In this document: piece after piece, positions 17,699 through 29,000 of the stretch
Layout of the letters: each line of letters opens with the position of its first letter
Numbering within the stretch: the stretch's first letter is position 1
From: an uncultured Pseudomonadota bacterium
Lineage (GTDB): Bacteria > Oederibacteriota > Muellerivitia > Muellerivitales > Muellerivitaceae
Reading direction: 5' to 3'
Assembly: GCA_963770835.1 (NCBI GenBank)
Contig: CAVYRH010000011.1
Span: 192,001-256,000, forward strand
Length of the DNA: 64,000 nucleotides
The notes under the pieces: model-generated
What the model saw: the letters and a program-made list of their open reading frames with translations, nothing else
Told to the model about the DNA's origin: nothing
Database searches by the model: none
Program-made: the position numbers and the translations under genes

Positions 17699-20098
17699 TT
17701 AGGGAAGCGTCATCAAGGTAATGACGGCACGGCGCTGGGGATCCTCGGTCACAGCACTAGGGGAGCTTTTCAGGGGTTCAAGGTCGGCATAACCCACCGC
17801 GAAAATGTTGTTATCGGAAATGCCGAGGACTTTCATCAAATATTTTTTAACTTCCAGGGCCCGTGCGTGGGACAAGGATAGGTCGTCCCCCTTCTCAGTC
17901 GGAGAAGTATAACCCTTTATAATCAATACGCTCTTGTTCAGGTAAGGCTTGATGGAGACCGAAGATTTCTCAATTTCTTTTTTGGCCGAATCCGTCAATT
18001 CGGAACTCATTGCGTCGAAATAAACCGTCGTTAAATTAAGGGTCATTTGTTCCTGCCCGGAGGGAGGATGATAATCAACCTGCACGGCGATCGGGTCGGC
18101 GGTACTAGTGTTGCCGGCCTTGTCCGTGGCCGAAAAGACCGCCGTCACGAAACTTCCTGGCCCCACCACTTGTCCCTGGTCGGTCTTTCCATCCCATGCC
18201 ATGTCGGCCGGTGGCGGGCCAGAGGTTCCGAAGTTCCGGAGGGCTTTCCCATTTTCATCCTTAAGAGCCAGGTTCCATTGGGAGAACCCCACCCTGTCCG
18301 CTGCATTGAGATCGAAGTGAAAAGGCTTGCTGGCGCTGAAATCGGCCCAACGGTCCCGACCCTTGAGGGCCAGTTCCGGAGGCGTATTATTGAGGAAAAC
18401 CTGAAGAGCGTCCGTTTTCAGCGGGTTCCCGGCCTTATCCTGGGCGATTAAAAGACACAGGTAAGTTCCATCCCCGGCTTTATCGCCGTCCAAATTACTC
18501 CCATCCCACTTGATTGTCTTTGGAAGGCGAGCCTGTCCTTCTTTCTCAAAAACTACTTTGTTGGTAGAAGCATCGCTAATTTCGAAGTCCCAGCTTTGTA
18601 CCTCCGGCGATCCCCCCGCATTGACATTGAAACTAATGCCGCCCTTCCCCTTTTTCGTGGGATGGGTTGAAAAATAAACGTCCGCCGTCTGGAGTTCAAA
18701 ATGAGACCGTGGAGCGAGTATCTCGACGGTTTCGAAGTCATCGGAAAGCATTTCGTTTTTCTTGCTAAAGGTTTTGAGGGCGATCCGGTATTTGCCCTCC
18801 GGGACTTCTTTTCCCGACTCATTCAAACCATCCCAGGCGAAGGAAGGCGCCAAAGGACCCGTGCCGGCGAAGCGGCGGATGGTGCTTTGGTCGGCAGCTT
18901 GAATGCTCACCATCCAACGGGTGACATCGGAGGAGTTATCTCCTGGGAAGGAAATAGTGGTTATTTTTTGCTTCCCGGCTGGGGAGAAGACAGAAGGATC
19001 CGGTTGGATGACCATTTTCCGCAGGGGCACACCAGAAACCGGTTTCCCTGTATTGGCCGGGGGTTCGATCAGGTTCGTCAGGTTGCCGATATTGATTTCA
19101 GAAGAGGTGGAAGGCGACGGCGCATTTTCCGCCGCGTTTTCCTTCTTGCCACCCTCCTCAAACTGCCAAATGAATGATAAAAAGTGAATTGATTCCGAAC
19201 CATTGGCCGCAGCACGGAAAGCATAACTGATTTCATAGGGCTGACTGGGATGGTATCCCGCGCCGATGGAAAAATAGCCGTCGTTCCCGAACAAGTCGTC
19301 ATATCCGGCGCGAACCGAATAAAACCGGTCGTTGAAAAACCTCTCAGCGCCAAGGCGAAGCCGGTTGTGCATTCCCGTGTATTGGAGGGTTTGGTCGACA
19401 ATGTCGTAATCCACCTCAACGCGGGCATCTTGGATTTTTTGATAGGCGGCACCCAACACGAAGGTCCTTGTGACCGGCTGTTCCTGGGTGTCATTAAAGC
19501 GGATTTCGGTGTTGATATCTTTGGCGGCCAAACCAAAAGAAGCAATAGTTCCCTCCGGTCCTCGAAGGTCATAGGCTAATCCCAAATCCAAGCCCAAACC
19601 TTCCCCACCTTCAATGGTTCCACCGGTTTCGGTGGACAAAGCCAGGTATTTAAAGTTTAGGCCCAAGAAAAAATCCCTGGCTGAATTCAACGGAAGGGCC
19701 ACCGACCCGATATAGGTTGTGCTGGAAGTGGGCGAATGGGGGAAATCCGAGAGTTGGGAAAGGGCAAAAACTGTTCCGTCTGGGAAAGGGTATAAAACCG
19801 CCGTGTCAAATTGGAAATCCGTTGCGGATGGGTTAAAACCAAGGCCAAACTGTGCCATCGGGAGGGTGGCCCGGGCGACCCCAGCCGGATTCCATTCAAT
19901 GGCGTGAGTTCCGCCTGCAATGGCCGCTACCGCATCCCCCATCCCAATCCCCCAAGCATCTTGTTCCGAACCGGAAGCAAAACTCAAAGCGGGCAGGACA
20001 AAGGCTAAAAAAGAACCAACCCAAAAGCGTTGTAAAAGGCGTAGTAAATGAAAAGGCAACTTCAAACTCCCGCTGAAATAGGCTGGGAAAAGGAACAA
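17699..20098 (-). CDS. PorV/PorQ-like beta-barrel + three FlgD-Ig-like repeats + OmpA-like domain
   Basis: GMGDAVAAIAGG..AIEWNPAG N-terminal motif; three WDG.(N/T)..G..V..G.(Y/F) repeats; C-terminal VYFD..SSEL...IKGYT...LSHARA.EV..YL...RRAVI. Confidence 0.7.
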   Translation of the reverse strand: MFLFPAYFSGSLKLPFHLLRLLQRFWVGSFLAFVLPALSFASGSEQDAWGIGMGDAVAAIAGGTHAIEWNPAGVARATLPMAQFGLGFNPSATDFQFDTAVLYPFPDGTVFALSQLSDFPHSPTSSTTYIGSVALPLNSARDFFLGLNFKYLALSTETGGTIEGGEGLGLDLGLAYDLRGPEGTIASFGLAAKDINTEIRFNDTQEQPVTRTFVLGAAYQKIQDARVEVDYDIVDQTLQYTGMHNRLRLGAERFFNDRFYSVRAGYDDLFGNDGYFSIGAGYHPSQPYEISYAFRAAANGSESIHFLSFIWQFEEGGKKENAAENAPSPSTSSEINIGNLTNLIEPPANTGKPVSGVPLRKMVIQPDPSVFSPAGKQKITTISFPGDNSSDVTRWMVSIQAADQSTIRRFAGTGPLAPSFAWDGLNESGKEVPEGKYRIALKTFSKKNEMLSDDFETVEILAPRSHFELQTADVYFSTHPTKKGKGGISFNVNAGGSPEVQSWDFEISDASTNKVVFEKEGQARLPKTIKWDGSNLDGDKAGDGTYLCLLIAQDKAGNPLKTDALQVFLNNTPPELALKGRDRWADFSASKPFHFDLNAADRVGFSQWNLALKDENGKALRNFGTSGPPPADMAWDGKTDQGQVVGPGSFVTAVFSATDKAGNTSTADPIAVQVDYHPPSGQEQMTLNLTTVYFDAMSSELTDSAKKEIEKSSVSIKPYLNKSVLIIKGYTSPTEKGDDLSLSHARALEVKKYLMKVLGISDNNIFAVGYADLEPLKSSPSAVTEDPQRRAVITLMTLP

Positions 20099-20163
20099 AT
20101 CCCGTCGTTGGTTAATACTATAAATGATCCCAACGGTGTTAAAAAGTGCTTAGTTTTTGTGGT

Positions 20164-20472
20164 TTAATGCATCCCGGCGATAATATCCCTAAGGGTTCCA
20201 ATAAGGAAAATTCGCAAGAATTGAATGGCTAAAATGGCGAAAACCGGGGATAAATCAATCCCACCGAGTCTCCAGGGGGGTAACAACCTCCGAAAGGGCT
20301 TTAAAAAGGGTTCAGAAATGGCCTGGATGGCCCTTACCAACCCATTGTAAGGATCGGCGTTCACCCAGGATAAAAGCGCCCGAACGATGATCACAACGAT
20401 CAAGGCCCCCAAAAGCCAATCCAAAACGTAGGCGATGGCCCCTAACAAGTTAGCCAATACAAACATATTCAC
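20164..20472 (-). CDS. yggT: YggT family membrane protein
   Basis: IIVRALLSWV..DPYN...ISEPFL.PFRR..P...GIDLSP. Confidence 0.92.
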   Translation of the reverse strand: MNMFVLANLLGAIAYVLDWLLGALIVVIIVRALLSWVNADPYNGLVRAIQAISEPFLKPFRRLLPPWRLGGIDLSPVFAILAIQFLRIFLIGTLRDIIAGMH

Positions 20473-23066
20473 GCCCCCTTTGATCGGGATGGGGTTAAAA
20501 GGACCCAGGTTCTATCCGAGGCACCCAAGTATTCTCGCGCGGCCTTTCGAACGTCCTGCAGGGTAACCTTTCGGATCTGTTCCGGGAATTTTTCAACCCA
20601 AGGTGCGCCCCAACCCGAAAGCTCGTAACGCGCGTAGGAGCTAACTTGAGAGCGGTTGGACTGAAACCCCACCTGGTATAAGCCGATCATATAGGTTTTC
20701 GCCCTCTTGAGTTCGCCCTCCGTAATTTTTCCTTGCGCGAAGGAATCAAGAACTTTTAACAGTTCTTTTTTAGCTTCCGCCGCTTTTGCCGGTGCGCATC
20801 CCAGGTAAATCTGGTAAATGCCAGCCAGTGCCCCGGCGTCATGGGCCGCAAATACGCTGTAGGCAAGGCTCCTTTTTTCGCGAAGTTCAATAAAAAGCTT
20901 TCCACCCATGCCGTTCAGGAGGGTATTTAAAACCCGGAAAGAAAAATAGCCGGAAGAACTGAAAGATGGCGCGCGAAATCCCAGCACGATATTGGCTTGC
21001 TGGCTATCACTTGGAAGTGTCACGGAACGGGATTCCAAAACATGTTTCAACAGGAACGGAAATTTGCCCTCCCGCTTTATCCCTAAATGGGGGAGGTTTT
21101 TATCCAAGAACACCTTCATTTCGTGCACGTCAAAATCCCCAATGGCAACCCAAGTAAGTGGAAATTTCGATAGGTGAAGATGATGCCATCCACGAACTTC
21201 TTTCGCTGAAAGTCGGCCAAGGGTCTCAACGGTTCCCATCGGCATGTGGGCATAAGGGGTCGAGGTGAAGGATAAAAGATCAGATTGAAGCAATGCATAT
21301 TCAGAGGGATCGTCCTTTAGACGTTCAATAGCGGAAATTTGAAGTTTCTTTTCTTTCTCCACCTCGGTGCTTGAGAAAGCCGGTTCATAAAGGGATTCCA
21401 GCATTAAATCAAAGGCCTTTTCAAAATTAGGTTTGATGACGTCCAACTGCATGCCCCAATAATCCTTTTCCAGTATGGGGTCCAAATGGGCGGCATAGCT
21501 TTCGATTTCATGCGAAAATTGCCCGTGCCCCTTCTTTGTTGTGCCCTTTTGCAGGCACTTGGTCATAAGTGTGGTAATGCCATAGTTATTCTTAGTTTCT
21601 TTCCAAAAGCCGCCCTGCACGAAAGCTCCCAGGGAAACAATAGGGAGGTTTTTGCGTTCCTTGGCCCATAAAACCGAGCCGTTCTTCAGGTGAAAAGTCC
21701 GGATTTTCCCTTGATCTGACCGCGCGCCGGAATGGCCGAAACCTTTTGATTCCATTCCCTTGCGAAGAATCTTCTCCCAATGGGTAGGATCCTTACGGAT
21801 GGGTTGAGCCTTGGGGTGGTAAACCACCAATGTTGCCCTTTGGGGCAGGAGGTATTTGTCACAGGCTCGCCGCAAATCCCCCGCGTCCACCGCATCCAAG
21901 GCTTTGAGGAAGGCTTCTTCCAGTTCATACCCACCTTGAAGCTCCCAAAACCCAAGGCTCTTCGCTTGGCCGTCCATGCTTTGTTTCTCGAAAATCTTAG
22001 AAGCCTTGACCTTGTTTTTGACTTTCGCTAATTCAGCCTCCGGAACGCTCAAAGAGGATATTTTCGTCACTTCCGCCATCATTTCCGACAGGCATTTTTC
22101 GATCCGCGCCGCGTCCGTTAGCGCCTGGAAAACGACGGCTCCCCCGTATTTCCCAGAGAAATACTCGGAAGCAGCCTCATCCGCCGATTGGTTCTTCTCG
22201 CGCAAGGAAAGGTTAAAACGGCTGGCGGCCCCGTCACCCAGGACAGCGGCTAGGACTTCGAGGGCGGCCGAATCCGGGTGCTGGAGGGGTACGGTGGGAA
22301 ACCCAAGGGACAGGTAAATTTGCTGGACATCCCCAGACTCAGTGCGGACCTCAAGCCTTTCTGGTTCCCCATCCGTGGAAAAACGGCGTGGAGGCGCCTT
22401 GCGGCGCCGGATGGACTGAAAATTTTTCTTGGCCCATTCGAGGATTCGTGGCGCAGAAACATTGCCAACGACGGAAATGACCGTGTTTGAGGGGACGTAA
22501 TGGGTACGGTAATAGTCCATCAATTTTTGCCGGGGAATAGTTTTGAGAATTTCCATATCCCCGATGACCGGCCAATGGTAGGGATTGCGCTTGAAAAGCA
22601 TCTTAAAGAGAAGTTCCCAGGACCAGCTCCAGGGATCGTCCCGGCGCATCCGCATTTCCTCAAAAACGACTTCTTTCTCCTTGGTTAGCTCTCCCGCGTC
22701 GAAGGTGGAATGCAGGTAGGCGTCAAACTCGATTTCGAGAGCTTTTTGGATTTGGGAGCTAGGCAAGACGACGTAAAAGCAGGTGTGCTCAAAACTGGTA
22801 AAGGCATTCAGGTAGCCCCCAGCGGCCTCCACTTGGCGGGAGATTTCACCCACACCCCGCTTGGAAGTTCCCTTGAAAATCATGTGCTCGATCAAATGGG
22901 CCATGCCTCGTTCGTCCGGCCGCTCGTCGATGGACCCCGCTTCAATCCAGAGATTGAGTGAAACAACGGGGGTGGAGGGGTTCTCGTTGACTAAAAGAAC
23001 CGCGCCGTTTTTAAGTTTGTACCGGAAAATGCCATCGGCCGCCGGTATGAGTTTGGGATTGGTCAT
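20469..23066 (-). CDS. M16 family zinc protease (fused active and inactive halves)
   Basis: HLIEH (HxxEH) and NAFTS in the first half; the second half lacks the motif; LREKRSLAY. Confidence 0.92.
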   Translation of the reverse strand: MTNPKLIPAADGIFRYKLKNGAVLLVNENPSTPVVSLNLWIEAGSIDERPDERGMAHLIEHMIFKGTSKRGVGEISRQVEAAGGYLNAFTSFEHTCFYVVLPSSQIQKALEIEFDAYLHSTFDAGELTKEKEVVFEEMRMRRDDPWSWSWELLFKMLFKRNPYHWPVIGDMEILKTIPRQKLMDYYRTHYVPSNTVISVVGNVSAPRILEWAKKNFQSIRRRKAPPRRFSTDGEPERLEVRTESGDVQQIYLSLGFPTVPLQHPDSAALEVLAAVLGDGAASRFNLSLREKNQSADEAASEYFSGKYGGAVVFQALTDAARIEKCLSEMMAEVTKISSLSVPEAELAKVKNKVKASKIFEKQSMDGQAKSLGFWELQGGYELEEAFLKALDAVDAGDLRRACDKYLLPQRATLVVYHPKAQPIRKDPTHWEKILRKGMESKGFGHSGARSDQGKIRTFHLKNGSVLWAKERKNLPIVSLGAFVQGGFWKETKNNYGITTLMTKCLQKGTTKKGHGQFSHEIESYAAHLDPILEKDYWGMQLDVIKPNFEKAFDLMLESLYEPAFSSTEVEKEKKLQISAIERLKDDPSEYALLQSDLLSFTSTPYAHMPMGTVETLGRLSAKEVRGWHHLHLSKFPLTWVAIGDFDVHEMKVFLDKNLPHLGIKREGKFPFLLKHVLESRSVTLPSDSQQANIVLGFRAPSFSSSGYFSFRVLNTLLNGMGGKLFIELREKRSLAYSVFAAHDAGALAGIYQIYLGCAPAKAAEAKKELLKVLDSFAQGKITEGELKRAKTYMIGLYQVGFQSNRSQVSSYARYELSGWGAPWVEKFPEQIRKVTLQDVRKAAREYLGASDRTWVLLTPSRSKGA

Positions 23067-23141
23067 TTGTGGGAGCCTGGGAAAAAAGATGGCCTCTTAA
23101 ATGGTTAGGGGCCATCTTTATTAATTTTTAAAAATGAGAGA

Positions 23142-23228
23142 TGGTGCGGAAGGGGGGAGTTGAACCCCCATGAGGTTGCCCCCGCTAGCACCTGAAGCTA
23201 GTGCGTCTGCCAGTTTCGCCACTTCCGC
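23142..23228 (-). tRNA. tRNA-Leu(CAG)
   Basis: GCGGAAG...CTAGC-TTCAGGT-GCTAG anticodon arm, long variable arm, GGTTCAACT T-loop, encoded CCA. Confidence 0.96.
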
Positions 23229-23335
23229 ATGGGCCGTCTGTACCAATTACTATTCCGGAGATTGATACCGTGCGATCCGCCCTTTTTAAAAGGAACGTCG
23301 CATAATCTTGAAGGGCTTGTTTCAAGAAGAGGCGT

Positions 23336-23364
23336 AGTATAAAGTAGCCTCTAAACCCTGTCAA
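23336..23364 (-). promoter_or_regulatory. sigma70 promoter for tRNA-Leu
   Basis: TTGACA-17 nt-TATACT on the minus strand. Confidence 0.75.
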
Positions 23365-23503
23365 GCAACGGGCTTCCGGCAGTCATTGTTGAAGGAAATG
23401 GATCATCCAGTCCCGCTTATCAGCCGAAAAGCCGTTCATCAATAAAAAATCCCCCTGCGTTTAACTGGAATGCTCCTACTCAAAAATTAATAAAGGAAAA
23501 ATT

Positions 23504-25543
23504 GTGTCTAAAAAACAGCGACATCAGCGAAATCAAAAGTCAAAAAAGTCCAAGGACCACTTTCATCGGGATGCCCCTTCGAAAAGCCATGAGGCCGTCC
23601 AAAAACATGGAAAAAAAAACCCCGTCCACGATCCCTCCGCCCGTGAACTTATCGGAAAGGTACAGGCCAATGAGAAAGGATTCGGTTTTTTTATCCCAGA
23701 GGACGGCTCGCCAGATGCTTTCGTCCCCCCACGTGAAATGCGCGGGATATTGAACGGGGATACGGTTAAAGCCAAAGTTGGAAAGGATTCATTTAAAGAG
23801 GGTAAGTTTTCCGCCACGATTATCTCTATTGTGAAGCGGGCCCACGAGGAAATGGTTGGCACCGTCTTGAAGGAACGCGGCGAACTTTACTTGAAAGCCG
23901 ATGATTTCCGGGTGACCCAACCGATTCATTTGGGCCGGGGTTCCTTGAAAGCCCAAGCAGGCCAAAAAGCTGTGGTGAAGATCACCAAATGGCCCGGTAA
24001 CGGCCCAATGGAAGGCCAATTGGTCGAAATCCTGGGATTTCCCGACGACCCGGGAGTGGACATCAAATCCGTCATCCGAAAATACCAATGGCCGGACTTC
24101 TTCCCCAAGCCGGTAGAATCCCAGGTGGCGGGTTTACCCGAGAACCCGGGCGAGGCCGATTGGCAGGGACGGCTGGATCTCCGGAAAATGCTGGTCATGA
24201 CCATCGACGGGGCCGATGCGAAGGATTTTGACGACGCCATTTCATTGGAAGTCAGCTCGGCCGGCAATTACCAGTTAGGGGTGCATATCGCGGATGTGTC
24301 CCATTATGTAAAAGAAGGCACCCCCTTAAATGAGGAAGCCCAGGACCGGGCCACCAGCCTTTACTTGGCGGACCGGGTCCTTCCCATGCTTCCCCATTCC
24401 CTATCGGACGGCTTATGTTCCTTAAGGGAGGGTGTTCCCCGCCTGACCTTGAGCGCATTCCTGACCTACAGTCCCAAAGGGCAATTCATCAAGGCGGGAT
24501 TCGCCCAGTCCGTCATCCAAAGCCGCTGCCGCGGCATTTATGAGGAAGTCCAACAATTCCTGGACGGAACGGGTTCCCCTCAGATCAATACCAAATATGC
24601 CTCTTTTAAAATGGCATTGGTGGATATGGTGAAAGTCGCCAAGTTTATCCGCAAGCAACGCGAGGCCAGCGGTTCCCTGGATTTCGATTTCCCCGAAGTT
24701 CGGGCCGTTATCGAAAATGGGAAGGTGGTGGATGTCCGCAAGAAAGACCGCCTGGAAACGCACCGTTTGATCGAGGATTTCATGGTTGCGGCCAATGAAG
24801 CCGTGGCTACCCATCTGGAGAGCTTGAAAATACCTGCAGTTTACCGCATCCATGAACCGCCTGACCAAAGCGACGTGGAAGAACTAATGACTTTCCTAGG
24901 GGCCTACCACATCCCCTTCAAGGGCCTGGATCTCACGACTCCCATCGGCCTTCAAACCCTCTTAAAATCCGTGAAAGGCGGCCCCTTCGAAGCGGTGGTA
25001 TCCAACCTGGCACTCCGGTCCCTCAAGCTGGCCGTTTATTCCACCCACAACGCCGGCCATTTCGGGTTGGCCTTGAAATCGTACTGCCATTTCACATCTC
25101 CCATCCGCCGCTTTCCGGACCTGATGGTCCACCGGGCCTTGAAAAAAGCCCTCCAGGCGGAAAAAATCATGGGACAAGCCAGACCTCTGGAAAAAATCGC
25201 CCTGCACAGCAGCGAGCAGGAACGTTTGGCTGAGAAAGCCGAACGGGAAAGTCAAAAAATCCTCCAATTACGATTCATGGAAAATAAGGTCAGCCAAAAC
25301 TTCGAGGGTCCTGTGCGGCACCTGACGCCTTACGGCGCCTATGTGGAGCTGAACCCCTACGGCGTTGAAGGCTTTCTACCGTTGGAAAATATAAAGGATG
25401 ATCTCTACCTGCTGGATGCTCCCGCTTTGGTATTAAGGGGCAAAAAAGGATCAAAAATCCAATTGGGCGACATCCTTAGGGTCCAGGTCTTGAGTGTTGA
25501 TATGGTTTTCCAACGACTGCTTCTGGCGAGGGTTTATGGCTGA
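23504..25543 (+). CDS. rnr: Ribonuclease R
   Basis: Cold-shock [30 protein letters not shown]-terminal S1 domain; adjacent to smpB. Confidence 0.95.
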   Translation: MSKKQRHQRNQKSKKSKDHFHRDAPSKSHEAVQKHGKKNPVHDPSARELIGKVQANEKGFGFFIPEDGSPDAFVPPREMRGILNGDTVKAKVGKDSFKEGKFSATIISIVKRAHEEMVGTVLKERGELYLKADDFRVTQPIHLGRGSLKAQAGQKAVVKITKWPGNGPMEGQLVEILGFPDDPGVDIKSVIRKYQWPDFFPKPVESQVAGLPENPGEADWQGRLDLRKMLVMTIDGADAKDFDDAISLEVSSAGNYQLGVHIADVSHYVKEGTPLNEEAQDRATSLYLADRVLPMLPHSLSDGLCSLREGVPRLTLSAFLTYSPKGQFIKAGFAQSVIQSRCRGIYEEVQQFLDGTGSPQINTKYASFKMALVDMVKVAKFIRKQREASGSLDFDFPEVRAVIENGKVVDVRKKDRLETHRLIEDFMVAANEAVATHLESLKIPAVYRIHEPPDQSDVEELMTFLGAYHIPFKGLDLTTPIGLQTLLKSVKGGPFEAVVSNLALRSLKLAVYSTHNAGHFGLALKSYCHFTSPIRRFPDLMVHRALKKALQAEKIMGQARPLEKIALHSSEQERLAEKAERESQKILQLRFMENKVSQNFEGPVRHLTPYGAYVELNPYGVEGFLPLENIKDDLYLLDAPALVLRGKKGSKIQLGDILRVQVLSVDMVFQRLLLARVYG

Positions 25544-26000
25544 ACGGGCCCCTTCCCTTCAAAACAGGAAGGCTTTTCACGACTATTTTGTCCTTGAAAG
25601 CCTGGAGGCCGGCATCGCCTTGGCCGGTTGCGAAGTGAAATCCATCCGGAACGGGAAAGCCAACCTCCAGGACAGCTTCGCCCGTGTCGAAAAAGGGGAA
25701 ATATTCCTCTATGGGATGCATATCTCGCCTTACGAGCAGGGCAACCGCTACAATCCCGACCCGACGCGGACCCGAAAACTTTTGTTAAACCGCAGTGAAA
25801 TCAACAAACTCGCCGCACGGATCCACGAAAAGGGCCTGACTCTAGTCCCGGTCAAGCTTTACTTCAAAAGCGGCAAGGTGAAGATCCAGTTGGCCCTTGC
25901 CAAGGGGAAAAACGTCCAGGACAAACGCGAAAAGTTGAAGGAAAAGGAAGCAACCCGGGACATTGAACGGGCGCTTCGAAGTAAGCACCGGATACTCTAA
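25536..26000 (+). CDS. smpB: SsrA-binding protein
   Basis: [33 protein letters not shown]. Start trimmed to ATG 25536. Confidence 0.97.
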   Translation: MAERAPSLQNRKAFHDYFVLESLEAGIALAGCEVKSIRNGKANLQDSFARVEKGEIFLYGMHISPYEQGNRYNPDPTRTRKLLLNRSEINKLAARIHEKGLTLVPVKLYFKSGKVKIQLALAKGKNVQDKREKLKEKEATRDIERALRSKHRIL

Positions 26001-26019
26001 AAGCCTGCAGGAGACCAAT

Positions 26020-29000
26020 TCAGGGTTTCGGGGGGGGCTGCCGGAGCGTCTTGATGAAATTTTCCTCGGACAAGGGATGGCTGAAGATATAGCCTTGCAC
26101 GTGGTCGCAATCGTGGGATTTCAGGAAGCTCAACTGTCCCTCTGTTTCAACCCCTTCGGCCACCACGTCCAGTTTCAAGCTGTGGGCCAGGGCTACGACT
26201 GCGTTAACGATAGCGGCGTCGTTGGGGTCGGTGGTGATGTCCCGCACGAAAGATCGGTCGATCTTGAGAGTCTCCAAGGGGAACCTTTTCAGGTAGCTGA
26301 GGGAGGAATATCCCGTTCCGAAATCGTCCAGGGACAAATGGACGTGCATTTTCTTCAATTCGTTCAAGGCTGAAATGGTATAATCAGCGTTTTTCATGGC
26401 GATGGTTTCGGTTATTTCCAGGCCCAAGTACTGTGGATCCAGGCCCGTTTCCTGGAGAATTTGGGAAATGACGGCCACCAGGTTCCTTTGCTGGAATTGG
26501 CGTGCGGAGAGGTTAACCGACACGCAGACCTTTCCACACCCGGCATCCTGCCATTTTTTATTCTGGGCACAAACTTTCCGAATGACCCACTCGCCGATGG
26601 GGACGATCAGCCCGGTTTCCTCCGCAAGACCAATGAATTCGGTGGGAAAAACAAGCCCTAAGTCCGGATGTTGCCAGCGAACGAGAGCCTCCGCCCCAAT
26701 CATCTTCTGGGTTTTGAGGTCGATCTGGGGCTGGTAATAAACCACAAACTCTTCTTTTTCCAACGCCCGCCGCAGGCTGTTTTCCATGAGCAGTTGCTTG
26801 AAGGCACTCACATTCATGACCGAAGCGTAAAGCTGATAATTATTCCGACCCTGTTCCTTGGCCCGGTACATGGCAGTTTCGGCGTTTTTCAGGAGGATTT
26901 CGGAATTTTCCCCATCGTCGGGATAAAATGCCATTCCGATGCTGGTGGTGACGTGAAGGTCATGGTTGTTGAGTTTAAAGGGGGTCCCCAACAGTTCGAT
27001 GATTTTTTGGGCGTGGCGCGTGGATTCCTCAATGCTATTCACCTGGGGCAAGAGGAGGGTGAACTCGTCACCACCAAAGCGCGCGATTGTTTCGCTTTCG
27101 CTCAATACCCCCAAAAGTCGCTCAGCGACAGCCACCAGCAATTTGTCCCCCAGGACATGCCCCAGGGTTTCATTGATGTTCTTGAAGCGGTCCAGATCCA
27201 GAACGATGACGCCTAACATTTGCTTGTTCCGGTGTGCGTGCTTCATGGCTTGTTCCAGCCGGTCTTTGAAAAGGGTCCGATTAGGAAGATTGGTCAGGAC
27301 ATCGTAATAGGCCTGGCGGCGAATAGTTTCCTCGGCCCTTTTGCGGTCGGTGATATCCCGGGCTATTGCCTGCACGAAGCGTTTGCCTCCCCATTGGAAA
27401 ACATGGGCGTTGATCTCTGCTGGAATCTTCAAGCCGTTCTTCGCGATCGCAGCCTTCTCGAAAGTCACGTGTTCCTGTTGAAGAAGCTTCTTGAAACCCT
27501 TGGAAAGGTCGTTGAAGTCTTCGGGGTTGGAGATGTCGTAAATGGTCATCCGAAGCAATTCTTCCCGATTGTAACCCAGTTTGGCACAGGCGATGTCATT
27601 CACCTCGACGAATTTGCCGGGGGTTCCATCTTCGGAAAGAGCGAAAAGGAAAATTGAATCGATGGCGTTGTTGAATAAAACACGGAACTTTTCTTCGCTC
27701 CCCCTTAAAGCTTCCTCGTTTTGCCGCCGAACCACGGCGCTGGCGAACATCTCACCAGTGATCTTGAAAAGGGCGATGTCTTCTTCGGTCCAGCCTTTTT
27801 TCGACCGCAGGGTGCTGAAGGTTAGTATCCCAATCGGTCCTCCCCCCGAAACCATGGGAACCGCCACGATTGATTGAATACCCCGCAATTGTAAGAATTT
27901 CCGTTCCGCCGAGGCTTCCGCCGGAAGATCCTCCGGGGAGGAGATATACATTACGCTCATGTTTTTCAGTTTTTCGGAAAACCAGGGATAATCCGCAAGG
28001 ACAAAATCATCCTTCGCCTCCACTGGAGGCTGCACATCGGGCTTTTGCCATTCGAAGACCGGTCCTTTTAATTTGCCATTACTTTGGAAGAACATCCGGA
28101 TCCGGTCCACTTCGATGAACCGGCCAATGGATTGAAGGGCATTCTGGATGCCGGCATCAACCTTAGGGGGTGGCAGGTTGATGAAATGGGAAGACAAGGT
28201 GGTGATGAGTTTTTCGAATTCTACCCGCTGCTGAAGGGCGGCCTCCATCCTTCTCCGCTCGGTGACATCCATGGCGATGCCGATTACCTCCGCCACTTCC
28301 CCATTCGCGTTTCGGACGGGGGAAAAATGGGTTTCAAAAACCGCGGACCCTTCCTCAATCAACACCACGAAATTCTCGCCCGCGAGGGCTTGCCGAAGGC
28401 TTTGGATCATTTTGGGGTTTTCACGATAAATATCGAAGGCGGAGCGTCCGACCACCGATCCTGGACCCAATTGAAGGCCGTTCAGGGCGTTGCCTTCCGC
28501 CAGGGTGAAGAGGCCGTTACGGTCCATCGCGAACAAAGCGATGGGTGCACTGGTCACGACTGTTTTCAACCGCTCTTCGCTTTCCCGGAGGGCGGTTTGC
28601 GCTTTCTTATGGTCGGTCATGTCCGTCACCATCACCACCCGCGCTTTGCGACCCTCAAAATCAATGGGATGGGACACGACTTCCACATCAATCAGGTTTC
28701 CGTTTTGAAGCCGGTGCCGGATGGTTTCCTTGACGACGGAAAGGCCCTCTTTGAGTTCATCCACCTGCTTGAGAAGATCGGAAATTTCTTGGGGGGCCCG
28801 GAGATCCTTCAGGGTCAAAGAAAGAAACTGGCGCTCCGGATAGCCGTATTTCTGGACGGCGGCGGCGTTAACGGCCAGGATTTCAAGAGTTCCCAAGTCG
28901 TAAATCCACATGGGGTTGGGATTGCTGTGGAACAAAAGTTTGTATTGAAGTCCCTGGTGCACAAGGACTTCTTTCATTTTCTTTTGTTCGGTGACATTAC

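Noticed and set aside
25536..26020. tmRNA next to smpB
   Set aside because: No room and no ssrA-like ends; the next gene converges within 20 nt.
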